A stretch of DNA of 64,000 nt from an uncultured cyanobacterium (GTDB lineage: Bacteria; Cyanobacteriota; Cyanobacteriia; Phormidesmidales; Phormidesmidaceae): NCBI GenBank assembly GCA_963793265.1, contig CAWBZI010000001.1:1824001-1888000 (forward strand), read 5' to 3'. A program made the position numbers and the translations under genes. The notes under the pieces were generated by a model that saw only the letters and a program-made list of their open reading frames with translations, had not been told where the DNA came from and searched no databases. Position 1 is the stretch's first letter. The number at the start of each line of letters is the position of its first letter. Shown one piece after another: positions 43,368 through 52,481 of the stretch.

Positions 43368-44153
43368 ATGGGCTTATTCAATCGCGTAAAAATTAGAACA
43401 CCTGAAAGCGTTGAGCTAGAGTTTTCTTTAGCAGGCATTGGCAGCCGCGCGGTTGCTCTGTTCATTGACTACACCGTTCTAGGGCTTGGCCTATTAATCC
43501 TATTTTGGCTCGGCATATTCGTTATTACGCAGCTCAGCCAGTGGGAGCGCCTGCTATGGGTAGATACTGACACGATTCAGCTTTGGGCGCTGGCAATTTT
43601 GAGCGTGCTGATGTTTGCGCTCTATGTGGGCTACTTTGTTGGATTTGAAACGGCCTGGTATGGACAAACGCCGGGCAAGCGGTACGCGAAAATTAGAGTG
43701 ATCCGTGATGATGCTCAGCCAGTACGATTGTTTCAGGCAACGTTGCGATCGCTCGTTCGCCCCGTAGATGACATTCTGTTCATCGGCTTCTTTTTTATCC
43801 TGTTAGGCAAAGACGAAAAGCGCATTGGCGACTGGCTGGCTGGCACGCTAGTGGTACAGATGGATTCACGGACAGCAACAGAAGGGATTGTGATAAGTGA
43901 GCGCGCCAAAGAGATCGGTAAGATTCTACTGGAAACGAGTGACGTTGCGCGAATTAGCCCTGATGACTTTGCCACTATTCGCGAATATCTTCAGCGTCGC
44001 GGTCTGCTGATTCCGACTGCCCGCAGAGACGTGAGTACTCAGCTCGCCCGCAGCCTAAAAGAGAAGCTGAATATGGACGCTTTACCGATGGAGATGACGC
44101 CCGAAACCTTTTTAGAAGCCGCATACTGGGGATATCAGCAGCAGAGAAAGTAA
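43368..44153 (+). CDS. RDD family membrane protein
   Basis: TPESVELEFSLAGIGSRAVALFID, GQTPGK, RIGDWLAGTLVV. Confidence 0.9.
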   Translation: MGLFNRVKIRTPESVELEFSLAGIGSRAVALFIDYTVLGLGLLILFWLGIFVITQLSQWERLLWVDTDTIQLWALAILSVLMFALYVGYFVGFETAWYGQTPGKRYAKIRVIRDDAQPVRLFQATLRSLVRPVDDILFIGFFFILLGKDEKRIGDWLAGTLVVQMDSRTATEGIVISERAKEIGKILLETSDVARISPDDFATIREYLQRRGLLIPTARRDVSTQLARSLKEKLNMDALPMEMTPETFLEAAYWGYQQQRK

Positions 44154-44171
44154 CGCTATTTCAGACCTACC

Positions 44172-47100
44172 ATGCTAAAGCTGCCGGGCTATCAAATTCA
44201 AAGCGTCCTCTACGAAAGCGCTCAGTCTTTGGTGTGCCGGGCGATCGCACTCCCCAACAGCAATCTTCCTAATAATAATTTGCTGCCCGGTGATAAAAAA
44301 TCAGTCATTCTCAAACAGCTCAAGCAGAACTATCCCTCTGTTGCAGCGCTCACTCGCTTTCGTCAAGAATACGACATTCTTCAGCATCTAGCCTCTCTTA
44401 AAGCAGCCCGTAACCCTTCAGAATATGTCGTTTGTGCTTACGATTTGCGTACCTATGAAAAAACGCTAGTCATGGTATTAGAAGACTTTGGCGGCGCATC
44501 ACTACAAGATCTTTTTCTACCCTCTGCCAGTCAACCAAAGCCTCAGCCGAAGATAGCGATCACTGACTTTCTCGTACTCGCTATTCAAATTACGCAGGCG
44601 ATCGCACAAACACACAATCGCGGCGTCATTCACAAAGCAATCAGCCCTACTAACATTGTTCTTAATCCTCAAACCCATCAGCTCAAGCTCGTTGACTTTG
44701 GCATTGCTACCCGACTTGCCCAAACCAGCCCAGGGCTAGAAATTCCCAACACGATAGAAGATAGTTTAGCTTACGTTTCGCCTGAGCAAACGGGCCGTAT
44801 GAACCGGCTGCTGGACTATCGCACTGACTTTTATTCTCTGGGCGTCACGCTGTACGAGCTGTTAACGCAATCAGTACCGTTTTGGGCCGAAGATTCCTTA
44901 GAACTGGTGCACCAGCATTTAGCCCAAAAGCCGCCCCATCCACAATGCAAACGCGATGACATTCCGCCTGTATTAGCTGAGATTATATTGAAGCTGTTGA
45001 GCAAAAATGCCGAAGACCGCTATCAGAGCGCTCAGGGTATTCAAGCCGATTTAGAACAATGTCTTCACGCGGTAGAGACGAAGCGTACGGTTCAACACTT
45101 TCCGCTGGCTGCTCAAGACCATCCTACTCAGCTTCAGATTCCTCAAAAGCTATATGGTCGGGAGATGGCGATCTCTACGCTGCTGAATGCCTTTGAGCGC
45201 GTAGCAACTGAACACAAGAGTGAGCTAATGCTGGTGACAGGTCATGCAGGCATCGGCAAGTCGATGCTGGTGCGAGAGATTTATAAGCCGATTACTCAAA
45301 AGAAAGGCTATTTTATTTCGGGCAAGTTTAATCAGCTACAGCGCAATATTCCGTATGCGGCGGTAGTGGATGCTTTTACGGGGCTGGTGCGATCGCTGCT
45401 CACCGAAAGCCAAACGCGATTGCAGCTCTGGAAACAGCGACTTTGTGAGGCTATGGGCAGCAGCGGTCAGGTGATGGTGGATGTCATTCCTGATTTGGCC
45501 TTGATCATTGGGCCGCAGCCGCCTGTGCCGCAGCTCGGGCCACAAGAAGCAAGCAACCGCTTTAACCTTGTGTTTCAACGATTCATTCAGGTGTTTGGTC
45601 AGGAGCATCCGCTGGTTATTTTCTTGGATGATTTGCAGTGGGCAGATGCCGCGAGTTTACAGATTATTCAGCTCATGCTGACAGGTGTAGGGGGGCAGGG
45701 TGACTCGTCAACAGCATTAAGGCGATCGCATCTGGTGATTGGAGCTTATCGAGATGACGAAATGAGCGTGACTCATCCGCTGACGATGACGATAAAAGCG
45801 CTGCAAGAGAAAGGGGTTGAACAGCAGGCGATCGCGCTACAGCCACTATCACTAGCTGATATTCAACAGCTCCTTAGCGACACGTTGAGAACCAGCAGGC
45901 GAAACGTGCACACGCTCGCTAGTCTCATTCGCGCAAAAACAGGCGGCAATCCTTTCTTTGTCAATGAATTTTTGAAGGCGCTAGCGGCTGAAAACCTAGT
46001 TTATTTTGACTTTGAAACCAGCCGCTGGCGATGGACAATTCAACAGATCAAAGCCTGCGACATCACCGATAACGTTGTCACGCTGATGGTGAGCAAGCTC
46101 GAAAAGCTGCCGCCTGAGACTCAAAACATACTTTGTTTGGCCGCCTGCATCGGGGCGACTTTTGATTTGAAGACGCTAGCAGCAGTTGAGCAGAAACCAG
46201 AGTCTCAGATTTCAAAAACCATTGCAGCAGCAGTTGAGGCGGGCTTACTGCTGGCAACTTCGCCACCTGAAGAGACGCTACTGATCCAGAACTATCGCTT
46301 TTTGCACGATCGCGTTCAGCAGGCTGCTTATAGCCTCATGAGCAAGCAGCAAAAGCAAGAGCAGCACTTCAAAATCGGACAGCTTCTACTTCAAACTGTC
46401 CGCTCGCCCTCGGCTTCTGACAAACAGCACTGGCAGGCAAATCTCTTCGACATTGTTGATCATCTTAATATTGGTAAGGCTCAGTCTGCCGAGGCTCGTT
46501 TTCTACTCGACCTGGCACAGCTAAACCTGGAGGCTGCTAAAAAGTCAAAAAACGCTACGGCCTATGCGGCTGCTCGTGACTATCTTTGTACCGGGCTTAG
46601 CTGCTTGCCTCCGCAGGCTTGGACAGACTTTTATGCATTGACGCGATCGCTCCATCAAGAGCGGGCAGAGATAGAGTATTTGCTGGGTAACTTTGAGCAG
46701 TCTCAACAGCTTTTAGACAAAATTTTAGCAAACGCCAATACCCTACTAGACAGGGCTGAAGCCTATAGCTTGCTGGTGCTACAGTTTACGCTGAGAACAG
46801 ACTATGCCAAAGCTGTGGACTACGGTCGCCAAGCGCTTCAGCTATTTGAGATTGATTTTCCTCAAGCTGACTATGCAGCCGCTTTTGACCGAGACTATCA
46901 GCAGCTTGAGATCGCGCTAGGCGATCGCCCCCTCTCCTCCTTACTCAACCTGCCGCACATCAAAAAGCGTGAGCAGCAGCTTGCCATCAAAATTCTCTCT
47001 AATATGGGATCTGCTGCCTACCGCTACGACCAAACGGTTTGGCAGGTTGTTGTCGTCATCTCAATTCGGCTCTTTTTAGCCTGGGGCAACGTGCCCGAAT

Positions 47101-49760
47101 CTTGCTACGGCTATTCTAATTTTGGCACGCTACTGGGCTCTGTGCTTAAAAACTATCCGGCTAGCTACGAGTCGTGCTTAGTCTCACTTAAGCTAAGCGA
47201 AAAGTATGGCGATGCAACTCAAAAATCCAGAGCCTGCTTTATATTAAGCAACTTCGTTCACTCGTGGGTTAAGCACGTTAGAGAGGCCGACGTCATCAAT
47301 CAAACTGGCGCTAAGCTCGGTCTAGAGTCAGGCGAATTGCAATACGTTGGCTACACTATCAGCTATCGCATCTCCAATCTGTTCTTTCAAGGGAAGTCTC
47401 TCGATACGCTATCTGTTGATCTTCAAGAAGCGCTATCTTTCTGCCAGCAGGTCAAAAATCAATGGGCCGTAGATGCGCTACTTGCCTATCAGCTTGCCAT
47501 TCATGCTTTATCTCATATCTCACAGCATTCTCTATTAGAGAGTACAAACGATGCTGACTATATCAATAGCTGCATCGCGAACAAAAGCTATAGCGGCCTG
47601 TGTCGATACTATATTCTCAAAGCTATTGTGCACTATCTCGGCGGTCACTATGGCGTGGCACTAGCCTGTGTGCGTCAGGCGCAAGCGCTGCAAAGTTACA
47701 TTTTAGGTGTGGTGTCTAGCGCTGAGCTAAACCTGTATACCTCGCTTATTTTAGTGCAGCTTTGGGCCACTGCTTCGCCTCAGCAGCAGGCCGAATATCT
47801 TGATGAGATCAACGCTTTGCAGGAACAGCTAAAACTTTGGGCCGATAGCTGTTCTGAAAACTTTTTGCATAAGTTTTGGCTGGTAGAGGCGGAGGTTGCG
47901 CGCATTAACTGTCAGATGTGGCAGGCGCAGGAAGGGTATGACCGGGCGATCGCAGCCGCAGCCGATCAAGGATTTATACAAGAAGAAGCCTTAGCGAATG
48001 AGCTAGCGGCTCAGTTTTGGCTGCAGTGTGGTAAGCCTGAATTTGCTCAAAGCTATTTTCAAAAGGCGCACTATGGCTATCAGCTCTGGGGCGCGATGGC
48101 TAAGGTTCATCAGCTAGAGCAGCAGCAGCCTACTTTGTTGAAAAACGCATTGCAGACGGATAGATCTAGCTCAGCCGGTAATTTAGACGTGCTGTCACTG
48201 ATGAAAGGGAGTCAGGCGATCGCGCGTGAAATTGTGCTCGATAAGCTACTGGCACAGCTCATGACATTGGTGATGGAGAATGCCGGAGCCCAGCTCGGCC
48301 ATCTTATGATTGAAGAAGACGGGCAGTTTCATATTGAAGCGACAGGCGTTGTCAACGCGCCGCCTCGAATTTTAGAGCGGCTGCCGATTGCAGGCACCGT
48401 GCCGATGAGTCTGTTTAACTATGTGACCCGCACTCGCAAAAGTGTCGTTTTAAGCAGCGCGGTAGATCGAGGCGAATTTACTCAGGACGGCTATATTCAA
48501 CAACATCGCACCAAATCAGTGTTGTGTACGCCGCTCATCTATCAGAACAAACTGACCGCCTTACTTTATTTAGAGAACAACTTAGCAGAGGGTGCTTTTA
48601 CCGATAATCATCTACAGATGATCACGCTGCTCTCGGGTCAGGCAGCGATTTCGCTGGAAAACTCAAGGCTATATGCCACTTTAGAACAAAAGGTAAGCGA
48701 ACGAACGCTGGCGCTTCAGGCGGCAAAAGAAGACGCAGAACTTGCCAGCCAGGCCAAAGGTAAGTTTCTGGCTAATATGAGCCACGAACTCAAAACGCCG
48801 CTAAACTCAATTCTAGGTTTTAGCCAGCTTATTTCTCGCGACAGGCAGCTTCGACACGTTCACGTAGAACGACTGAACCTGATTCGTCATAGTGGCGAGC
48901 ACCTGCTGGGCCTGATCAACGACATCTTAGATCTTTCCAAGCTAGAGGCCAGAAAGCAGGTGCTTCATGAGGATTCTTTTGAGCTTCAGCAGCTTGTGAC
49001 GACGATGCGATCGCTATTCAAGCTCCGAATTGAGCAAAAAGGGCTGCGCTATTTAGTACAGGTTTCACCCGGCCTGCCCGTGTCAATTGTGAGCGATGAG
49101 AAAAAAATCCGTCAAGTATTAATCAACTTAATGAGCAACGCACTCAAATTTACGCAGCAAGGCCACATTTGCTTGCGTATCCTTCACCGATGCCAAACCT
49201 CCGATCAGATAGAACAGAACTATATTGAGTTTGAAGTAGAAGATACAGGTGCCGGTATCGCCCCAGCAGAACGCTCTAAACTGTTCGTGCCTTTTGAGCA
49301 GACCAATAGCGGCTTAAGCGCAAATACAGGCACCGGATTAGGACTCGCAATTAGCCAGCAGCTAGCCGAGCTATTAGGCGGTCGAATCTCAGTCACCAGT
49401 GAGCTAAACAAAGGATCTGTCTTTACGTTCAGCCTGCCTGTAAGCGAGCCTGCTCAGATCTTTCTAGCGACTGAAGACCCCTCAGCGGCTCACACCTATC
49501 CACCGCTTTCGGACTCTCAAACATCTCAGGCTTATCAGTCCCAAGCGAATATGCCTTTAAGCGAATCCCTTCAGGCTATGTCATACAACTGGCTTAATGA
49601 GCTTCAGCAGGCAGCTAGTCAGCTCAAAGGAAAGCGCGTGCTTCAGCTTATCAATCAGCTTCCACCGGAGCACGAAGATACTGCGCAGTCGCTAAGAGCA
49701 TTAGCCGATAGCTATCAGTTCACTGAGATTGTAGAAGCTTTGAAAGCTTTCAGTTTCTAG
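44172..49760 (+). CDS. Ser/Thr kinase-AAA/STAND-GAF-histidine kinase (HstK-like)
   Basis: DFG and SPEQTGRMN; Walker A GHAGIGKS; FLDDLQWAD; GAF LYLENN; H-box SHELKTPL; GTGLGL. Confidence 0.92.
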   Translation: MLKLPGYQIQSVLYESAQSLVCRAIALPNSNLPNNNLLPGDKKSVILKQLKQNYPSVAALTRFRQEYDILQHLASLKAARNPSEYVVCAYDLRTYEKTLVMVLEDFGGASLQDLFLPSASQPKPQPKIAITDFLVLAIQITQAIAQTHNRGVIHKAISPTNIVLNPQTHQLKLVDFGIATRLAQTSPGLEIPNTIEDSLAYVSPEQTGRMNRLLDYRTDFYSLGVTLYELLTQSVPFWAEDSLELVHQHLAQKPPHPQCKRDDIPPVLAEIILKLLSKNAEDRYQSAQGIQADLEQCLHAVETKRTVQHFPLAAQDHPTQLQIPQKLYGREMAISTLLNAFERVATEHKSELMLVTGHAGIGKSMLVREIYKPITQKKGYFISGKFNQLQRNIPYAAVVDAFTGLVRSLLTESQTRLQLWKQRLCEAMGSSGQVMVDVIPDLALIIGPQPPVPQLGPQEASNRFNLVFQRFIQVFGQEHPLVIFLDDLQWADAASLQIIQLMLTGVGGQGDSSTALRRSHLVIGAYRDDEMSVTHPLTMTIKALQEKGVEQQAIALQPLSLADIQQLLSDTLRTSRRNVHTLASLIRAKTGGNPFFVNEFLKALAAENLVYFDFETSRWRWTIQQIKACDITDNVVTLMVSKLEKLPPETQNILCLAACIGATFDLKTLAAVEQKPESQISKTIAAAVEAGLLLATSPPEETLLIQNYRFLHDRVQQAAYSLMSKQQKQEQHFKIGQLLLQTVRSPSASDKQHWQANLFDIVDHLNIGKAQSAEARFLLDLAQLNLEAAKKSKNATAYAAARDYLCTGLSCLPPQAWTDFYALTRSLHQERAEIEYLLGNFEQSQQLLDKILANANTLLDRAEAYSLLVLQFTLRTDYAKAVDYGRQALQLFEIDFPQADYAAAFDRDYQQLEIALGDRPLSSLLNLPHIKKREQQLAIKILSNMGSAAYRYDQTVWQVVVVISIRLFLAWGNVPESCYGYSNFGTLLGSVLKNYPASYESCLVSLKLSEKYGDATQKSRACFILSNFVHSWVKHVREADVINQTGAKLGLESGELQYVGYTISYRISNLFFQGKSLDTLSVDLQEALSFCQQVKNQWAVDALLAYQLAIHALSHISQHSLLESTNDADYINSCIANKSYSGLCRYYILKAIVHYLGGHYGVALACVRQAQALQSYILGVVSSAELNLYTSLILVQLWATASPQQQAEYLDEINALQEQLKLWADSCSENFLHKFWLVEAEVARINCQMWQAQEGYDRAIAAAADQGFIQEEALANELAAQFWLQCGKPEFAQSYFQKAHYGYQLWGAMAKVHQLEQQQPTLLKNALQTDRSSSAGNLDVLSLMKGSQAIAREIVLDKLLAQLMTLVMENAGAQLGHLMIEEDGQFHIEATGVVNAPPRILERLPIAGTVPMSLFNYVTRTRKSVVLSSAVDRGEFTQDGYIQQHRTKSVLCTPLIYQNKLTALLYLENNLAEGAFTDNHLQMITLLSGQAAISLENSRLYATLEQKVSERTLALQAAKEDAELASQAKGKFLANMSHELKTPLNSILGFSQLISRDRQLRHVHVERLNLIRHSGEHLLGLINDILDLSKLEARKQVLHEDSFELQQLVTTMRSLFKLRIEQKGLRYLVQVSPGLPVSIVSDEKKIRQVLINLMSNALKFTQQGHICLRILHRCQTSDQIEQNYIEFEVEDTGAGIAPAERSKLFVPFEQTNSGLSANTGTGLGLAISQQLAELLGGRISVTSELNKGSVFTFSLPVSEPAQIFLATEDPSAAHTYPPLSDSQTSQAYQSQANMPLSESLQAMSYNWLNELQQAASQLKGKRVLQLINQLPPEHEDTAQSLRALADSYQFTEIVEALKAFSF

Positions 49761-50984
49761 GGCGGGCATAGCAGTTTTTGTTTTGATATTGAGGGCGATC
49801 GCAAGCTGACAATCATCTCTCATTCTCGCGATCTTCTTCAATACCTGCTCTGAAATCTGTTCTACATCGGCCCGGCTTTGCCCCGGTAGAACAACTGCAA
49901 AGGTAAGCGTGCTGTATCTGCCGACCAGATCAGCCGGGCCATGAATAGCTTGGGCAATCAGGGCTGCGATCTGGCAGAGTGTGCGATCGCCCTTCGCCAC
50001 ATCACCGCCCTCCCCATACAACCCAAAATTCTCTACCTGACAAAGCATCACGCTCAGCGCGGTCTGAGTTTCACTTGCATGTTGCCAGCACACCCGTAAA
50101 TAATCATCCACCCGCCGCCGATTAGCCACCTGAGTCAGCTCATCAATTGCGGCCAATCGTCGTAGCTCTTGATTAGCCTGCCTGAGCTGAGCATTTTGAG
50201 CCATCAGCGCCTGCTGTAACTGCTGAATCTTGAGCTGATTTTCAATCCGCGCTAGCACCTCAACCACCTTGAAAGGCTTGGTGATATAGTCGCTGCCACC
50301 CACCGAGAAAGCCTTTACTTTATCCCAAGCTTCATCCAAAGCACTCACAAAAATAACCGGGATATTTTGGCTAGCCGGGTCGGCCTTAAGTTGCTGACAC
50401 ACGCTATAGCCATCCATTTCCGGCATGTAAATATCTAACAAAATCAAATCAGGCTTATTGGCGCTCACCGCCCGTAGCGCTACGACCCCACTGATAGCCT
50501 GCTGCACCTCATAGCCCTGTTCTTCGAGCAAATCTGATAGCAGCCGCAGGTTCTTAGGCTGATCGTCTACGAGCAAAATGGTGGTCGTTGCTAAAGGGTG
50601 AGTTTCTGGCAATAGTGGAATGGTTTGAGAGGGCGTTGCCTGAAGGGGCAGCACAACAGGTTCAGTGGCTACAGTAGCGAGTCTTTGTGTGTTCTGTTCA
50701 GAGATATGACGCTCTGAAATATGGTGCTCTAAAGTATTGCGAACGTTAGCTTTAGAAACTTTTTGGCCTAGTACTTGCGTTAGTAGATGCCAGAGCTTAG
50801 GCGCTACATCTTGCTTAATGTATGTCGCTGAATAGCCGCTCTCTTCCGCAATTTGATCGTAAGTTTTGCGCGTTTCTTGCAGAGTTGCTATCAAAATATG
50901 GCGCTGCAGCTGACTAAAATAAGCACCTGTTGCCTGATAAACAAGCGTCTCGACAAGCTCTAAAGTCGCGTCCGCATCACTCAT
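49701..50984 (-). CDS. Response regulator: HTH-like N-terminus, REC and degenerate GGDEF
   Basis: TYDQIAEESGYS...PKLW; LLVDD/LLDIYMP/ITKPF; DELTQVANRR with GRYSTLTF in place of RYGGEEF. Confidence 0.85.
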   Translation of the reverse strand: MSDADATLELVETLVYQATGAYFSQLQRHILIATLQETRKTYDQIAEESGYSATYIKQDVAPKLWHLLTQVLGQKVSKANVRNTLEHHISERHISEQNTQRLATVATEPVVLPLQATPSQTIPLLPETHPLATTTILLVDDQPKNLRLLSDLLEEQGYEVQQAISGVVALRAVSANKPDLILLDIYMPEMDGYSVCQQLKADPASQNIPVIFVSALDEAWDKVKAFSVGGSDYITKPFKVVEVLARIENQLKIQQLQQALMAQNAQLRQANQELRRLAAIDELTQVANRRRVDDYLRVCWQHASETQTALSVMLCQVENFGLYGEGGDVAKGDRTLCQIAALIAQAIHGPADLVGRYSTLTFAVVLPGQSRADVEQISEQVLKKIARMRDDCQLAIALNIKTKTAMPALETESFQSFYNLSELIAIG

Positions 50985-51296
50985 GCACGGTTAGTTTCTC
51001 CTTTGTGCCGGGATGTCTCTTAAAGCACATTTACACTGCCACTGACAAGCCACCATAGTAGACAGCCTGTCAACAAGAGCTTACCAAAATATTTACGGCT
51101 ATATGACGCTAGTCACAAATATTAGAGATTTCAGCAACGAGAGTCGCTTTGCAGAACTTACTGAGTATCCAATCGAACAATTAAGCCAATTGAGCGATTA
51201 ATCAGGCTAACAGAAACCGTCTTTTGATAGAACAAAAAATAGTACAGGCGTTTTATAACGGAGAAGACTATGTACTAAACCTAAGCGCACTTTACT

Positions 51297-51680
51297 ATGG
51301 CGATCGCAGACCTCCGCACAAGCAATATGATGGCGCACATCTTAGACGCGCTCGATGATGGCAAAGATATTGGTCACTATGGCCGACTCGTCTTTACAAT
51401 GATCACTCAGTACTTTGCTGACGAAGATGAGATTGTCACTCACCTGCAAAAGGACAAAGACTTTAGTGAAGAAGAGGCGCGATCGCTCTATCAGCAGGTC
51501 ACCAGCAAAGGCTACAGCCCCCCTAATCGCGACACCATTCTCGAATATCAAAGCGAGCAAGACTTCGATATTTGCCCCAACCCAGACGATCCAGACGCCT
51601 GCAATATCTATCAGGAACTCACCTTTCCTGATGACGTATACGAAAGCATCTCTGACTACAACAAAGAGAAAGCAGACTAG
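51297..51680 (+). CDS. Hypothetical protein resembling the primase large-subunit C-terminal domain
   Basis: DIGHYGRLVF, DFSEEEAR, GYSPP, CP...C. Confidence 0.7.
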   Translation: MAIADLRTSNMMAHILDALDDGKDIGHYGRLVFTMITQYFADEDEIVTHLQKDKDFSEEEARSLYQQVTSKGYSPPNRDTILEYQSEQDFDICPNPDDPDACNIYQELTFPDDVYESISDYNKEKAD

Positions 51681-51702
51681 CTAAAGGTCTTGTCGTGAGC
51701 GT

Positions 51703-52374
51703 TTATCCTGACGTTTTAGCCAGCTTACGCTGATGCTGCTTTACCTGAATTTGGAGCCACCTTTGCCACTGCTCAAAATCGTGATCGCTCGGCTTAGTCA
51801 TCTGCCAAGCCGAGCGATCGCTCACCCGATCGTTCCACGCTTTAAGCATCGGATATTCCTGTAGAGAAACACCTAGTCTGTTGAACAGCGGTACGGTAGA
51901 TCCGGCTACAACATCAGCTAAGTTGATCACAGCGCCGCCAAAGTAATCTTTCTCACCTATCTGCTGCTCTAAAAACTGAAGACAAGTTTCTATATGGCTT
52001 GCCTTTTCCGCTGATATCGGCTGCTCCTCACTCGCTACAGCAACGCTCACCAGCTTAGGCAGCAGCTCATTGGTCACCACCATCTGAACCATCCGCATCT
52101 CAGCATACGCGGCTGGTTCTATTGGCGATAAAGGCACCTCTAAAAACTGACGATCAAGATAGTCAAGTATGGCTAGCGACTCGATCAAATGAACCTTACC
52201 ATCAACCATTGCGGGTACGTGATGAAAAGGGTTAAGGCGTAAAAAATCGGGCTCCAAGTGCTTACCCCGCCGTAAGTCGATTAAAACGGGTTCAAAAGAA
52301 ATTTCTTTCTCTAGCAGCGCTATCCACACGCGGCGAGCAATTGGAGACAGCGGATGGTAGTAAAACTTCAGCAT
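51703..52374 (-). CDS. Glutathione S-transferase
   Basis: LNPFHHVP, ESLAILDYL, INLADV. Confidence 0.92.
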   Translation of the reverse strand: MLKFYYHPLSPIARRVWIALLEKEISFEPVLIDLRRGKHLEPDFLRLNPFHHVPAMVDGKVHLIESLAILDYLDRQFLEVPLSPIEPAAYAEMRMVQMVVTNELLPKLVSVAVASEEQPISAEKASHIETCLQFLEQQIGEKDYFGGAVINLADVVAGSTVPLFNRLGVSLQEYPMLKAWNDRVSDRSAWQMTKPSDHDFEQWQRWLQIQVKQHQRKLAKTSG

Positions 52375-52481
52375 AGGCAACACCTTTTAAGCTTTCATAG
52401 CGTATCAGACTCCCTACTCTCCTATGGTAATAGCGTGCCGAATACTGATAAAGGTAGGTTTCTATGGCGAGTATTCACGGC

